A model generated the notes under the pieces. The model saw only the letters and a program-made list of their open reading frames with translations, did no database searches and had not been told where the DNA came from. A program made the translations under genes and the position numbers. A stretch of DNA of 63,999 nucleotides, the filler included, from Acidimicrobiia bacterium (GTDB lineage: Bacteria; Actinomycetota; Acidimicrobiia; Spongiisociales; CAZKJJ01), in assembly GCA_046759765.1 (NCBI GenBank). It is 24 parts of 24 records of this genome, joined end to end, with 100 filler letters (N's around TTAATTAATTAA, not from the genome) between each part and the next. Parts side by side here need not be neighbours in the genome. Positions count along the whole stretch, not along the records: positions 1 to 2,863 come from JBHICV010000244.1; positions 2,964 to 5,812 come from JBHICV010000245.1; positions 5,913 to 8,743 come from JBHICV010000247.1; positions 8,844 to 11,673 come from JBHICV010000248.1; 20 more parts are not named here. One strand, written 5' to 3'. Shown piece after piece: positions 1 through 8,845 of the stretch. Each line of letters begins with the position of its first letter. Position 1 is the stretch's first letter.

Positions 1-97
1 GGCCGCCTGGTGAGGAGAGCCTACCCCAGATCCCGGGGCGCGAAAAGGGGGCGACACCTGGCGGGGATTAGAGGAAAAAGCCCGGAATCAAGGGCTT

Positions 98-1756
98 CTA
101 AGTAAACCAGAACCGCCGGGTTTGGGGAGAGTTGCGTATGGGTCCCCGAGTGGATGTCAAATCAAAACTACCTGACACTGGGAGGGCCAGGTGGATTTCG
201 AGCCGCTGGCCGGTGACGACCACCTTCTCGATCACCAGCCGCAGGATCGTCCGCTTGGCCTCGAAGCTCGGATCGTCGAGGTGGCGGCGGAGGGCCTGCG
301 CGACGGCCTCAACGCCCGCCACTTGGCGGACGGCAAGTTCTCGCCTCGTCGCCGAGGACCGGAGCTCTGCTTGTTCCTTCTCCACCGCAAGAATCCGGTT
401 CTCGATCGCGGTCTTGCGAGTCCGAAAGTCGTCGAGATCCAAGGCACCTGTCTGGTAGGCATCGACCAGGCGCTCCCGTTGACGATTCAAGTCTTGCCAC
501 CGGCTCGTTGCATGGCGTAACCGTTCGTCCCCCTTCGAATCTGCCGTCGTGCGTGCCAGCCAGCCGCGGAGCTCCTCCGCCAGGGTGTCGGAGTCCAGCA
601 GCAGGTCGCGGATCGTGGTCCAAACGACCTCGTCCGCGCCCGCGCAGCGAAGCACCTTGTTCGTGCAGGGTTCGGCGACCGCATTGACCACACGCTGGGC
701 CTCGTAGCGGGTAGTGCACCGGTAGTAGCTGTACCCCGGCAGACCGGCATCGTAGGTGGTCTGCGTGAAGCCGAGATAGGCGTATCCACACATCCCACAC
801 TTGAGAAGCCCGCGGAGCAGGTACGTGTCCTGTCGTCGAAGCCGTCGCCTGGCGAAGTGCCGGTTCTCCTGGATTCGCTGCTGCACGCGTTCAAACAGCT
901 CATCGGGCACGATTCGCGCTACGCAGACCTCGATCCATTCCGATCGGGGTCTTTGCGCCAGGGTCGTCTTGATCGGCGCTCCTGTCGCAGCATCCTCCGC
1001 AGACCGCTCTCGCGGGCGTCGTGTAATCCGGTTGTAGTACGCCCGACCGACATACCACTCGCAACGCAGCATCCGCGTCAGCGTCGCGCCGGCCCACTCG
1101 TTCCTCCCTCGTCGCGTCTTCCACGGCGAGGCGTTCAGCTTCTTCAACACTTCGAGCTGACTGGCGCCCTCCTCCGCGTACCAGGCGAAGACCTGACGCA
1201 CCATCGCGGCTTCCTCCTCGTGGATTCGGATCTGACCATCTCCGCCATACTTCCGAGCAGCATAGGTGTAGCCGTAAGGAGTACTCGGTGGCGCCAGCTC
1301 GCCAAGTCGTGCCCGATGCAGACGGCCGCGCCGGCAACGCTCGAGAAGCTTGGCCCGCTCGTACTCCGCGATCGCTCCCTGAACCTGGAGCAAGAGCTGG
1401 TCGTCGGGGGTGTCGGTGATCGGTCGCTCGCAGAAATGGACCTCGATCCCCGCCCGCTTCAACTCCTCGAGCAACAGCACCTGATACGCGTACCGCCGGG
1501 CCAGTCGATCCGCACACAGCACGACCACGACGTCGAAGCGGCCTTCCTTGGCGTGGTCTCGCAGCTCGTCCAACGCAGGGCGATCCAGCCACGTCCCGCT
1601 GTACCCGTCGTCCGTGTAGGTCAGGGCGGGACAGACACTCAAGCCGTGCTGATCAGCGTAGCGCGTAATGGCCGCCAGCTGGCTCTGGATCGTCTGCTCC
1701 TTCTCCTGCAGCTCGGTCGAGACCCGGGCGTAGAGGGCGGCACGTCGCATCGGCAT
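98..1756 (-). CDS. Large serine recombinase (resolvase + recombinase + zinc-ribbon + coiled coil)
   Basis: N-terminal YARVS catalytic motif, DDGYSG, DRLAR, LRGLLKCGMCG...YYRC zinc ribbon; RBS CCAGGAG upstream of ATG. Confidence 0.95.
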   Translation of the reverse strand: MPMRRAALYARVSTELQEKEQTIQSQLAAITRYADQHGLSVCPALTYTDDGYSGTWLDRPALDELRDHAKEGRFDVVVVLCADRLARRYAYQVLLLEELKRAGIEVHFCERPITDTPDDQLLLQVQGAIAEYERAKLLERCRRGRLHRARLGELAPPSTPYGYTYAARKYGGDGQIRIHEEEAAMVRQVFAWYAEEGASQLEVLKKLNASPWKTRRGRNEWAGATLTRMLRCEWYVGRAYYNRITRRPRERSAEDAATGAPIKTTLAQRPRSEWIEVCVARIVPDELFERVQQRIQENRHFARRRLRRQDTYLLRGLLKCGMCGYAYLGFTQTTYDAGLPGYSYYRCTTRYEAQRVVNAVAEPCTNKVLRCAGADEVVWTTIRDLLLDSDTLAEELRGWLARTTADSKGDERLRHATSRWQDLNRQRERLVDAYQTGALDLDDFRTRKTAIENRILAVEKEQAELRSSATRRELAVRQVAGVEAVAQALRRHLDDPSFEAKRTILRLVIEKVVVTGQRLEIHLALPVSGSFDLTSTRGPIRNSPQTRRFWFT

Positions 1757-2090
1757 CTCCTGGATCCTGGGTAATCAAATCGGCGAGCAGCGCGTAGAGA
1801 CGGCAAAGGCGATCCTCCGCGTCGTTCGCTCCCAGCGGAACGACCTGAATCTCCCAATCGCCCAAGGGACTGCGTCGCGGCTCACCTTCCACCAAACCCA
1901 GAAGCCCAAAACGCTTGAAGCGCTGCAGGTCGAATTGTGCAGGGCTCCTGCGCCGATGGGGATCAGCGTGGTCGAGCACGTACGTTCGCAGCCGCTCATA
2001 GCGGAGCTGGGCCCTCCAGCCTGACTCGAGAAACGATCTCGCTTCCGTCGGCCGAGAAGGCAAGCGACCGGATTCAATCGTTTTTTTTTC
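1653..2090 (-). CDS. Small hypothetical ORF between the HTH gene and the recombinase, possibly expressed by slippage from the HTH ORF
   Basis: Protein-like stretch (RAQLRYERLRTYVL...) in the +1 frame after an A9 run; no ATG of its own. Confidence 0.45.
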   Translation of the reverse strand, partial: EKKTIESGRLPSRPTEARSFLESGWRAQLRYERLRTYVLDHADPHRRRSPAQFDLQRFKRFGLLGLVEGEPRRSPLGDWEIQVVPLGANDAEDRLCRLYALLADLITQDPGDADATCRPLRPGLDRAAGEGADDPEPAGGHYALR

Positions 2091-2532
2091 CGGCTGCGCC
2101 AAGCAGCCGCTCGATCGTCCGCCGGTGAACCTCGATGCCCAGCTCTTCCGCCAGTAGCTCGGCGATCTCGCGCCCACTGAGATGGCGCCGACGTCGGTGA
2201 AGATCGCGGACCCACTCGATGGCCTCGTCCGTCATCTTCACCGGACCCGGCCGGCCAGGCTTGCCGTCGCGCAGCCAGGCCACACCGCCCGTTTCCAACG
2301 CCGCGAGCGCCGTATAAAACGTCTCTCGCGAAAAGCCGAATTCCTCGGCCACGGAAACCACGCTGCGTCCTTCGACGGCATGAGCCCGCAGCATCTCGTA
2401 CTTGACCTGGACCTTGTCCAGCGGATCGAAGAACCGGTACTGCTCGAACAGCCGCGCTCGGACTCGTTCGGGATGACGGTGCAAGGCGCCATTTTCCTCG
2501 AGGAATTGGCGTTTGGGGTGACGCTTCGCCAT
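2074..2532 (-). CDS. Helix-turn-helix protein of recombinase-associated elements (IS630/homeodomain-like HTH)
   Basis: FFDPLDKVQVKYEMLR, AEEFGFSRETFY, GRPGPVK, VHRRTIER; ATG at 2532 with GGAGG RBS. Confidence 0.85.
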   Translation of the reverse strand: MAKRHPKRQFLEENGALHRHPERVRARLFEQYRFFDPLDKVQVKYEMLRAHAVEGRSVVSVAEEFGFSRETFYTALAALETGGVAWLRDGKPGRPGPVKMTDEAIEWVRDLHRRRRHLSGREIAELLAEELGIEVHRRTIERLLGAAGKKND

Positions 2533-2557
2533 CGGTCCCCCTCCCTGGGGAGGGACC

Positions 2558-2586
2558 AGTCTGCCCGACGGGGCATCGCATGTCAA
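2558..2586 (-). promoter_or_regulatory. Sigma70-type promoter for the HTH-recombinase operon
   Basis: TTGACA (2586-2581), 17-bp spacer, CAGACT (2563-2558). Confidence 0.55.
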
Positions 2587-2863
2587 CAAGTATTTGTCGC
2601 TACGGGAGGGACCATCTCGAGGCCATGGTTTCCCACATATTCCGTGATTATTTGTGGAACATGGGGATCCGAGAATGTCAGTAGGTTCATCGATACGATC
2701 TCTAACTACCTGACACTCTTCGGAGAACCCGCTCGCTCCCGAGCTTTCCGTAGCTTCCTGTACGGTCTGCGCTTGCGGATTCGGCCCCACCACTCCGCAT
2801 ACCCGTCCGTCGCGATCGTGAACCGGACTTTACTCTCTGAGACCCTGACAGATCCCCGAACGT

Positions 2864-2963
2864 NNNNNNNNNNNNNNNNNNNNNNNNNNNNNNNNNNNNN
2901 NNNNNNNTTAATTAATTAANNNNNNNNNNNNNNNNNNNNNNNNNNNNNNNNNNNNNNNNNNNN
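2864..2963. other. Artificial contig spacer (first of 23)
   Basis: N-run + TTAATTAATTAA (stops in all six frames) + N-run, recurring every 2.3-2.9 kb. Confidence 0.99.
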
Positions 2964-3190
2964 AAGACGCTCCATGACCCACTATCAGAGGGGACCACCC
3001 TTTCAGTCGAGTGTCAGAAACCCTCTCAAAACCCGCGCAACAGGCCTGTCATCGGCCAGTCGCAGGGCCCATGTCCGGTTCGCCAGGAGCCCGACGCCCA
3101 CCCCTAGAACTTGGCTCTGGGCAAGGGAAAACAGCCGAAATGGCAACGAAATGAGAACGAAATGAAAGGGTTGTCATCCACAATCGCAGG

Positions 3191-3463
3191 ATGCATCAGC
3201 TCGAGCCGTTGTTCTCCGCGAAGGACCTCGCCGAGTTTCTCCACGTGCCCATTGCCACCATCTACGCCTGGAGGTACCGGGGCGAGGGCCCTCCCGGATT
3301 CCGTGTCGGCCGGCACCTCCGCTACCGCTGGAGCGATGTCGCGGATTGGGTCAGCAGCCAGCTCGAGCGCTCGGGGCGGCGCCCCGATGCTGCTGCGCCG
3401 GCCAGGGCTAGAGTCGCAAGCCGAAGGGATACGTCGGTGGCGAGAAACACTGATGGCGAGTAG
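3191..3463 (+). CDS. Excisionase / AlpA-MerR-like HTH DNA-binding protein
   Basis: LFSAKDLAEFLHVPIATIYAWRYRGEGPPGFRVGRHLRY; directly upstream of the integrase. Confidence 0.9.
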   Translation: MHQLEPLFSAKDLAEFLHVPIATIYAWRYRGEGPPGFRVGRHLRYRWSDVADWVSSQLERSGRRPDAAAPARARVASRRDTSVARNTDGE

Positions 3464-4628
3464 TGCGATCGATCGACGAAGCAGCGGCCGGTACCGAGCG
3501 AGATACCAGGGCCCCAACGGGAAGTGGCGATCCCGGACCTTCGACCGGAAGGTCGACGCCCAGCGTTGGCTCAACAAGGAGCTTGCCAACGTGGATCGGG
3601 GCGAGTGGGTGGACCCTCGCGCAGGCCGAATCACTTTCGAGGTCGTTGCCGAGCGGTGGATGGCCGGTCGCTCATCTCTGCGGGAGAGCACAAGGTCCCG
3701 GGATCGCTCACTCCTCAACTCACTCATCCTCCCTCGTCTGGCAAGCACGCCGTTGGTTGCGATCCGGCCTTCGGACCTCGAGGCCTTCATCGCCGATCTC
3801 CTCGCCGCTGGGAAGGCGCCCGCCACCATCCACAAGGTGTGGCAGATCCTGTCCGGCGTCTTGCGCCTGGCCGTCCGCGATCGTCTCATTGCATTGACAC
3901 CGGCGCGTGAGGTACGGCTTCCCAAGATCGAGGTCGAGGAGCCGAGGGCACTGACCGTTGACGAGGTGATGCAACTCGCCGACGCAATCGATCCCCGGTA
4001 CCGGACACTCGTCTGGGTCGGCGCATTCGGCGGACTGAGGCTCGGAGAGCTCGCCGGGCTCCAGGTCGATGACTTCGATCCTCTACGTCGCCAGCTACGC
4101 GTGCGGCGCACCATCTCCGATGTACGCGGCCGACTCGTGGAGGGTCCCCCTAAGACACCGAAGGGCATCCGCACTGTGACTCTGCCGCGATTCATCGCCG
4201 ATGAGTTGGTTGCCCACCTCGCCAAGCGCGGAACGGTGACACCGCGTGACTGGATCTTCCCGGCGCCCCAGGGAGGCCCACTGCGTCGCACTGGATGGGT
4301 CCGGCGCTATTGGAGACCCGCGTTGAAGGCGGCAGGCGTCGAGGAAAACCTCGGCACCCACACCCTGCGTCACTCCCAGGTGGCCCTTCTCATCGCTCAG
4401 GGCGAACACCCGAAGGTGATCGCCGACCGCCTCGGACACACCTCGGTGAGGACGGTTCTCGACGTCTACGGGCATCTCTACGACGGTGCCGACGAGGCCG
4501 CCGCGGACGCACTCCAAGAACAAATCGCGTCCTATTCGCGTCCTGGGCGCGTCCCAGACCAGGTCGTCGAGTTACCTACCCGCGACAGAAACCTGCCCGG
4601 ACCAGGCCTTTTGCCTCGTGGGCGTTGA
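3453..4628 (+). CDS. Tyrosine recombinase / phage-type integrase
   Basis: GLRLGEL, HTLRH, LGHT, VYGH catalytic motifs; N-terminal arm-binding region; start at ATG 3453 rather than the track start 3111. Confidence 0.95.
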   Translation: MASSAIDRRSSGRYRARYQGPNGKWRSRTFDRKVDAQRWLNKELANVDRGEWVDPRAGRITFEVVAERWMAGRSSLRESTRSRDRSLLNSLILPRLASTPLVAIRPSDLEAFIADLLAAGKAPATIHKVWQILSGVLRLAVRDRLIALTPAREVRLPKIEVEEPRALTVDEVMQLADAIDPRYRTLVWVGAFGGLRLGELAGLQVDDFDPLRRQLRVRRTISDVRGRLVEGPPKTPKGIRTVTLPRFIADELVAHLAKRGTVTPRDWIFPAPQGGPLRRTGWVRRYWRPALKAAGVEENLGTHTLRHSQVALLIAQGEHPKVIADRLGHTSVRTVLDVYGHLYDGADEAAADALQEQIASYSRPGRVPDQVVELPTRDRNLPGPGLLPRGR

Positions 4629-4692
4629 CGGACTCGAACCGCCGGCCTCTTCCTTGTAAGGGAAGCGCTCTTGCCATCTGAGCTAAACGCCC
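4619..4692 (-). tRNA. tRNA-Val(TAC)
   Basis: Cloverleaf: GGGCGTT/AACGCCC acceptor, CTTCC-CTTACAA-GGAAG anticodon arm, TTCGAGT T-loop; CCA not encoded. Confidence 0.95.
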
Positions 4693-4826
4693 CTGGGTTC
4701 GCAGACCCTCCCCTAGATCGGCTCTGGTCTGTCTCTCGGAGCGGCCGATAGCGGAAGGTTACTCGGGACCACGTTGCCACCAGGCCCGCCGGGGTAGGGT
4801 CCACGTGCGCGCTCCAGGAGAACGAG

Positions 4827-5270
4827 ATGGCAGGGCAGAGCCAAAGGGACGACTGCAGGTTCTGCGCCATCGTGGATGGTGACCTCTCCGCGCACCTGGT
4901 GCTCGAGAACGAGACCTGCGTGGGGTTTCTTGACTCGAGGCCGCTCTTTCCGGGACATTGCCTGCTGGTGCCCCGGCCTCACTTCGAGACGCTGACCGAC
5001 CTTCCCGACCGGCTGATCGAGCCGTTCTTCGGCGACGCCCGGCTGCTGGCTCGCGCCGTGGAGGAGGCCATGGGCGCCGAAGGAACGTTCGTGGCTCTGA
5101 ACAATCGGGTCAGCCAAAGCGTCCCGCATCTCCACGTCCACGTCGTGCCGCGGCGGAAGGGCGACGGCCTGCGCGGCTTCTTCTGGCCACGCACCAAGTA
5201 CACCGACGAGGAGGAGATCAAGCAGGTTCAGCAGGCGCTGCGGGCCGCGGTCGCCAAACTACAGGAGTAA
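4827..5270 (+). CDS. HIT family hydrolase
   Basis: CRFC near the N-terminus; QSVPHLHVHVVPR histidine triad. Confidence 0.93.
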   Translation: MAGQSQRDDCRFCAIVDGDLSAHLVLENETCVGFLDSRPLFPGHCLLVPRPHFETLTDLPDRLIEPFFGDARLLARAVEEAMGAEGTFVALNNRVSQSVPHLHVHVVPRRKGDGLRGFFWPRTKYTDEEEIKQVQQALRAAVAKLQE

Positions 5271-5346
5271 CCCCACCTTCCGGCAGGACCCCGGTCTCAT
5301 AACTACGTCGCAACGCCTCGTCGGGGTCGGCGAGCCCCCTCTTGAT

Positions 5347-5812
5347 TCACACGGTCCCGAGCGAGAGCTTGTGGGCGGCCTCGTCGACCAGGGCGCCGAA
5401 CAGCCGCTCGGCCGTCATCTGCTCCGGTTCCGGATACTCCGGGTGCCACTGAACCCCCCACAGGGGCCAGCCGTCATCTTCGGGCTCGACGGCTTCGATC
5501 ACCTCGTCCTCCGCCCACGCCACCGGCCGCAGGCCGGCCCCCAAGCTCCGTACCGCCTGGTGGTGCGAGGAGTTGACCGGCACCCGGGTGGCACCGAACA
5601 GACCAGCTAATCGCGAGTCGGGGAGGAGGCGGATATGGTGGCCCGCCACCGACTCCCCCGTGGTTTCACGATGCGCCACCCCGTCGCCGACCTCGGAGGA
5701 GATATCCAGGATGAGGTCCCCGCCGAGGGCGACGTTCACCACCTGGATGCCGCGACAGATCGCCAACAGCGGCAGCCCGCGGTCCCGTGCCTCATGGGCG
5801 AGGCCGATCTCG
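5347..5812 (-). CDS. Peptidase C26 / gamma-glutamyl-GABA hydrolase family (5' truncated)
   Basis: AICRGIQ nucleophile elbow, VNSSHHQAV, GVQWHPE. Confidence 0.9.
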
Positions 5813-5912
5813 NNNNNNNNNNNNNNNNNNNNNNNNNNNNNNNNNNNNNNNNNNNNTTAATTAATTAANNNNNNNNNNNNNNNNNNNNNNNNNNNNNNNN
5901 NNNNNNNNNNNN

Positions 5913-6035
5913 CTTGCGGACTCCGTCTCTCCCGAGCAGTGCAACGTCTCGGCATTGACATTCGTGTGGGTATGCACACCGGCGAGATCGAAAAGCGAAA
6001 CGGCCAAGTCGGTGGGATAGCGGTGCACATAGCCG
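5913..6035 (+). pseudogene. Adenylate/guanylate cyclase C-terminal fragment
   Basis: LGIDIRVGMHTGEIE...VGGIAVHIA, after which similarity is lost (no AARV). Confidence 0.6.
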
Positions 6036-6163
6036 GCTCTCCACCCTCAAAGGCCCGATCTTCGGATCGGTCATTCCCCGAACCCGCCCCCACAACAGAC
6101 ACGCCGTGCCAATGTGCTGACTTCACCAGGTCACCTGCGGATCCCTCACCAAGGTCTCGTTCT

Positions 6164-6200
6164 TGTCCCTGTCGGATTGTATGATCGAACATGTGTTCGA
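6164..6200 (+). promoter_or_regulatory. LexA (SOS) box plus RecA-NDp/PafBC-like promoter
   Basis: TCGAAC-ATGT-GTTCGA at 6185-6200; TGTCCC-N10-TA-N3-T at 6164-6185. Confidence 0.75.
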
Positions 6201-6453
6201 CGATTCTGAGTTGATTGCCGACGGTCTGGATCGGATGGATCCGGGCCCTGAGCTGGCCGCGGTGCTGTCGTCCATTGACGTCCGGGAGCTATCGGTTCAG
6301 GACCTGATCGTGGTCTTGAACGCGCGTCGGCGGATGAGATTGCACTACGAAGCGATCGCGATGGGCTGGACCTACCGGCGGCTAGAAAACGGCGACTACC
6401 TCTGGACCACCCGACTTGGACAGAAATACACCACCCACGGCCCACCGCCGTAG
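6193..6453 (+). pseudogene. Internally deleted DUF222/HNH (13E12-like) protein
   Basis: N-terminal MDPGPELAAVLSSID...LS joined directly to the C-terminal GWTYRRLENGDYLWTTRLGQKYTT tail typical of DUF222-HNH proteins. Confidence 0.6.
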
Positions 6454-6486
6454 TCGAGCGCGACCGGCTCTCGGTATTCTCGGTGC

Positions 6487-7143
6487 ATGGCCATCCGGGT
6501 CGTCCTGGCCGAGGACAGCTACCTCATGCGGGAGGGAATCACTTCCCTGTTGGAGGTTGACGATTCCTTGGAACTGGTCGCCGCCTGTGCGAACTTCGAC
6601 GAGCTGATCGAGGCGGTTGACGAGCACCGGCCTGACGTCGTCATCACCGACATTCGGATGCCACCAACGCAGACCAACGAGGGCATCAGGGCCGCTCATC
6701 TCATCCGGGAGCGCTATCCGGGGACCGGCGTCGTCGTGCTGAGTCAGTATGCCGAGCCCGAGTACGCAGTTGCGCTGTTCGAGGAAGGCTCCACAGGCCG
6801 GGCCTACTTGCTCAAGGAGAAGGTCTCTGATCTCGAGCAGTTGAAAACTGCTATTGACGAGGTTCGTGGCGGCCGTTCGGTCGTCGATCCCGATGTTGTT
6901 GACCTGCTCGTGGCCGCCCGCAGGGAATCGATCCTGGACCGGCTGACCAACCGGGAAATGGAGGTTCTGGCTGAGATCGCCAAAGGGCGGAACAATGCCG
7001 GCATTGCGGACGCACTCTCCATATCGGAGAGAGCGGTGGAGAAGCACATCAGCTCGATCTTTACCAAGCTGGATCTGTCCCACGAAGAGGACACCCACCG
7101 GCGCGTGAAAGCGGTCCTGCTCTATCTGTCGGAGAGCTCCTAG
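6487..7143 (+). CDS. NarL/LuxR family response regulator
   Basis: REC domain (AED, DIRMP) + LTNREMEVL...HTH. Confidence 0.95.
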   Translation: MAIRVVLAEDSYLMREGITSLLEVDDSLELVAACANFDELIEAVDEHRPDVVITDIRMPPTQTNEGIRAAHLIRERYPGTGVVVLSQYAEPEYAVALFEEGSTGRAYLLKEKVSDLEQLKTAIDEVRGGRSVVDPDVVDLLVAARRESILDRLTNREMEVLAEIAKGRNNAGIADALSISERAVEKHISSIFTKLDLSHEEDTHRRVKAVLLYLSESS

Positions 7144-7517
7144 TGGCCGTCCGCGTATTGATAGTCGACGACCAGCCCCCCTTCCGAGACGCGGCGCGAA
7201 TGGTGGTGGAAATGACCCATGGGTTCGAAGTCATCGGGGAGGCGGAGTCCGGGGAAGAAGGCGTAGAGCTTGCCGCCACGCTGCGCCCCGATCTCGTACT
7301 GATGGATGTCTATCTGCCCGGCATCGACGGTCTCGAGGCCACACGTCAAATCACAAGTGCGGAAAGTCCGACTCGCGTCCTGGTCATGTCCACCCATGAG
7401 TCAGATGAGTTCGCCAAGGCCGCCATGGAGGCAGGTGCGATTGCCTTCGTTTCGAAGTCACAGTTCGGAATTGATGAACTCGCATCGGCGTGGGCTCAGG
7501 TCGCCGACGCCGGTTAA
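7143..7517 (+). CDS. Single-domain response regulator (REC)
   Basis: VLIVDD, LMDVYLPGIDGLEAT, K of FVSK. Confidence 0.92.
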   Translation: MAVRVLIVDDQPPFRDAARMVVEMTHGFEVIGEAESGEEGVELAATLRPDLVLMDVYLPGIDGLEATRQITSAESPTRVLVMSTHESDEFAKAAMEAGAIAFVSKSQFGIDELASAWAQVADAG

Positions 7518-8743
7518 CGAACAGGAACCCAGCCTCTTACGGTGGTGCCGCGACCCGGCCCAGAGTCGATCGTCAGCGCGCCTCCGGCGGCATCAAGGCG
7601 GTCGCTCATGCTCGGGATTCCGCTCCCTTCGCCGACTAAGTTCGGATCAAAGCCAGTGCCGTCGTCGACCACCTCGAACCCCAGCTGGTCCCCATCGTCG
7701 CGAAGCTGCACCGCTGCGGACGAAGCGTTGGCGTACTTGGCCGTGTTCTGTAGCGCCTCCAGAATCGAGAAGAACACGGCAGTCTCCACGTCCCTCGAGT
7801 AGCGGCCAACGGCCTCCGCTTCGATCGTGACGGGAAATGCCGCCTTGTCGGCTTCGGCTGACACGGCCGGTACCAGGCCATCGGCCTCGAGCAGCGACGG
7901 GTACACCCCCCGGGCGAAATCTCGTACCGATTGGATCGCCTTTCCCGCATCGTCTTCAAGCTGACCGAGCACCTCGAAGGACTGGTCGGCTTTGGCACTT
8001 TCGGCCTGAGCCTTCACCACCCCGAGCTTCACTTTGACCGCCACCAGGTCCTGCTGAGGACCCATATCGAGATCGCGTTCCAGATCGCGTCTTGCATCGT
8101 CCGCGGCCGCCAGTATGCGCTCCCGCGAGGAGGCGAGCTGGGTCACCTGATCGCGCAGGTCATCGGTCAGTCGCGCATTGCGCAGAGCCAGCCCCAGACC
8201 GCCAGCCAGGTTCTCGACGAGTTCCTGTTCGGTAGGCGCGATCGTTGCACCGCGACTCGCCACCAGCGACAACCCGCCGAGCAGCTCGCCGTCGTGCTCG
8301 ACCGGCACGGAGAAGGCAGCGTCGGGATCGCTCCACTCCCCGTCGCCTCTTATGGGGATTGCTTCGGCGGGGCGCTCGTCTTCGGGCCATCGGGCTGCAG
8401 GCCGTATCTCGCCCCCAACTGCGGTCCACAGGGTCGCCCCTGTTGCCCCGGTGCCGTCGACGATCAGGCGAGGAATTCGCTGCAGCATCTCGTCATCGCC
8501 TTCAGCAGTTGCCGCCCGTTGGGAGAATCGGGCCAAGACCTCATAGGGGGTGGCTCGCTCTCCGTATACCAGTCGGTTGGCCCAGCGTTGCAGCCGTGAC
8601 CTCACCGGTTCGAACAGGAGAGCTACTAACGCGGTGGCGCCGATCGCCAGAGCCAGATTGGGCTCATCGCCTCCACCGGCGAGGTTGCCCACGCCGACCA
8701 CAATTGCCACGTACACCGCGGTGATGAAGATGGCCAGGGCGCC
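7514..8743 (-). CDS. Membrane GAF-domain sensor histidine kinase, HisKA_3 type (5' truncated)
   Basis: RRDLERDLDMG (the H-box His appears replaced by Asp), EALQNTAKYA, DDGTGF, GRGTTV. Confidence 0.88.
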   Translation of the reverse strand, partial: GALAIFITAVYVAIVVGVGNLAGGGDEPNLALAIGATALVALLFEPVRSRLQRWANRLVYGERATPYEVLARFSQRAATAEGDDEMLQRIPRLIVDGTGATGATLWTAVGGEIRPAARWPEDERPAEAIPIRGDGEWSDPDAAFSVPVEHDGELLGGLSLVASRGATIAPTEQELVENLAGGLGLALRNARLTDDLRDQVTQLASSRERILAAADDARRDLERDLDMGPQQDLVAVKVKLGVVKAQAESAKADQSFEVLGQLEDDAGKAIQSVRDFARGVYPSLLEADGLVPAVSAEADKAAFPVTIEAEAVGRYSRDVETAVFFSILEALQNTAKYANASSAAVQLRDDGDQLGFEVVDDGTGFDPNLVGEGSGIPSMSDRLDAAGGALTIDSGPGRGTTVRGWVPVR

Positions 8744-8845
8744 NNNNNNNNNNNNNNNNNNNNNNNNNNNNNNNNNNNNNNNNNNNNTTAATTAATTAAN
8801 NNNNNNNNNNNNNNNNNNNNNNNNNNNNNNNNNNNNNNNNNNNGT

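Noticed and set aside
857..1774. Long antisense or alternate-frame ORFs (e.g. 857-1774, 3104-4291, 37132-38328, 44883-46034, 54688-55806, 60024-60992)
   Set aside because: Shadow ORFs of real high-GC genes with no recognisable motifs.
2964..3110. Possible oriT or divergent gene start upstream of xis
   Set aside because: No relaxase on this contig and no nick-site motif I can support.
3111..3452. N-terminal extension of the integrase in the ORF track
   Set aside because: Overlaps xis in another frame and is not protein-like; ATG 3453 is the better start.
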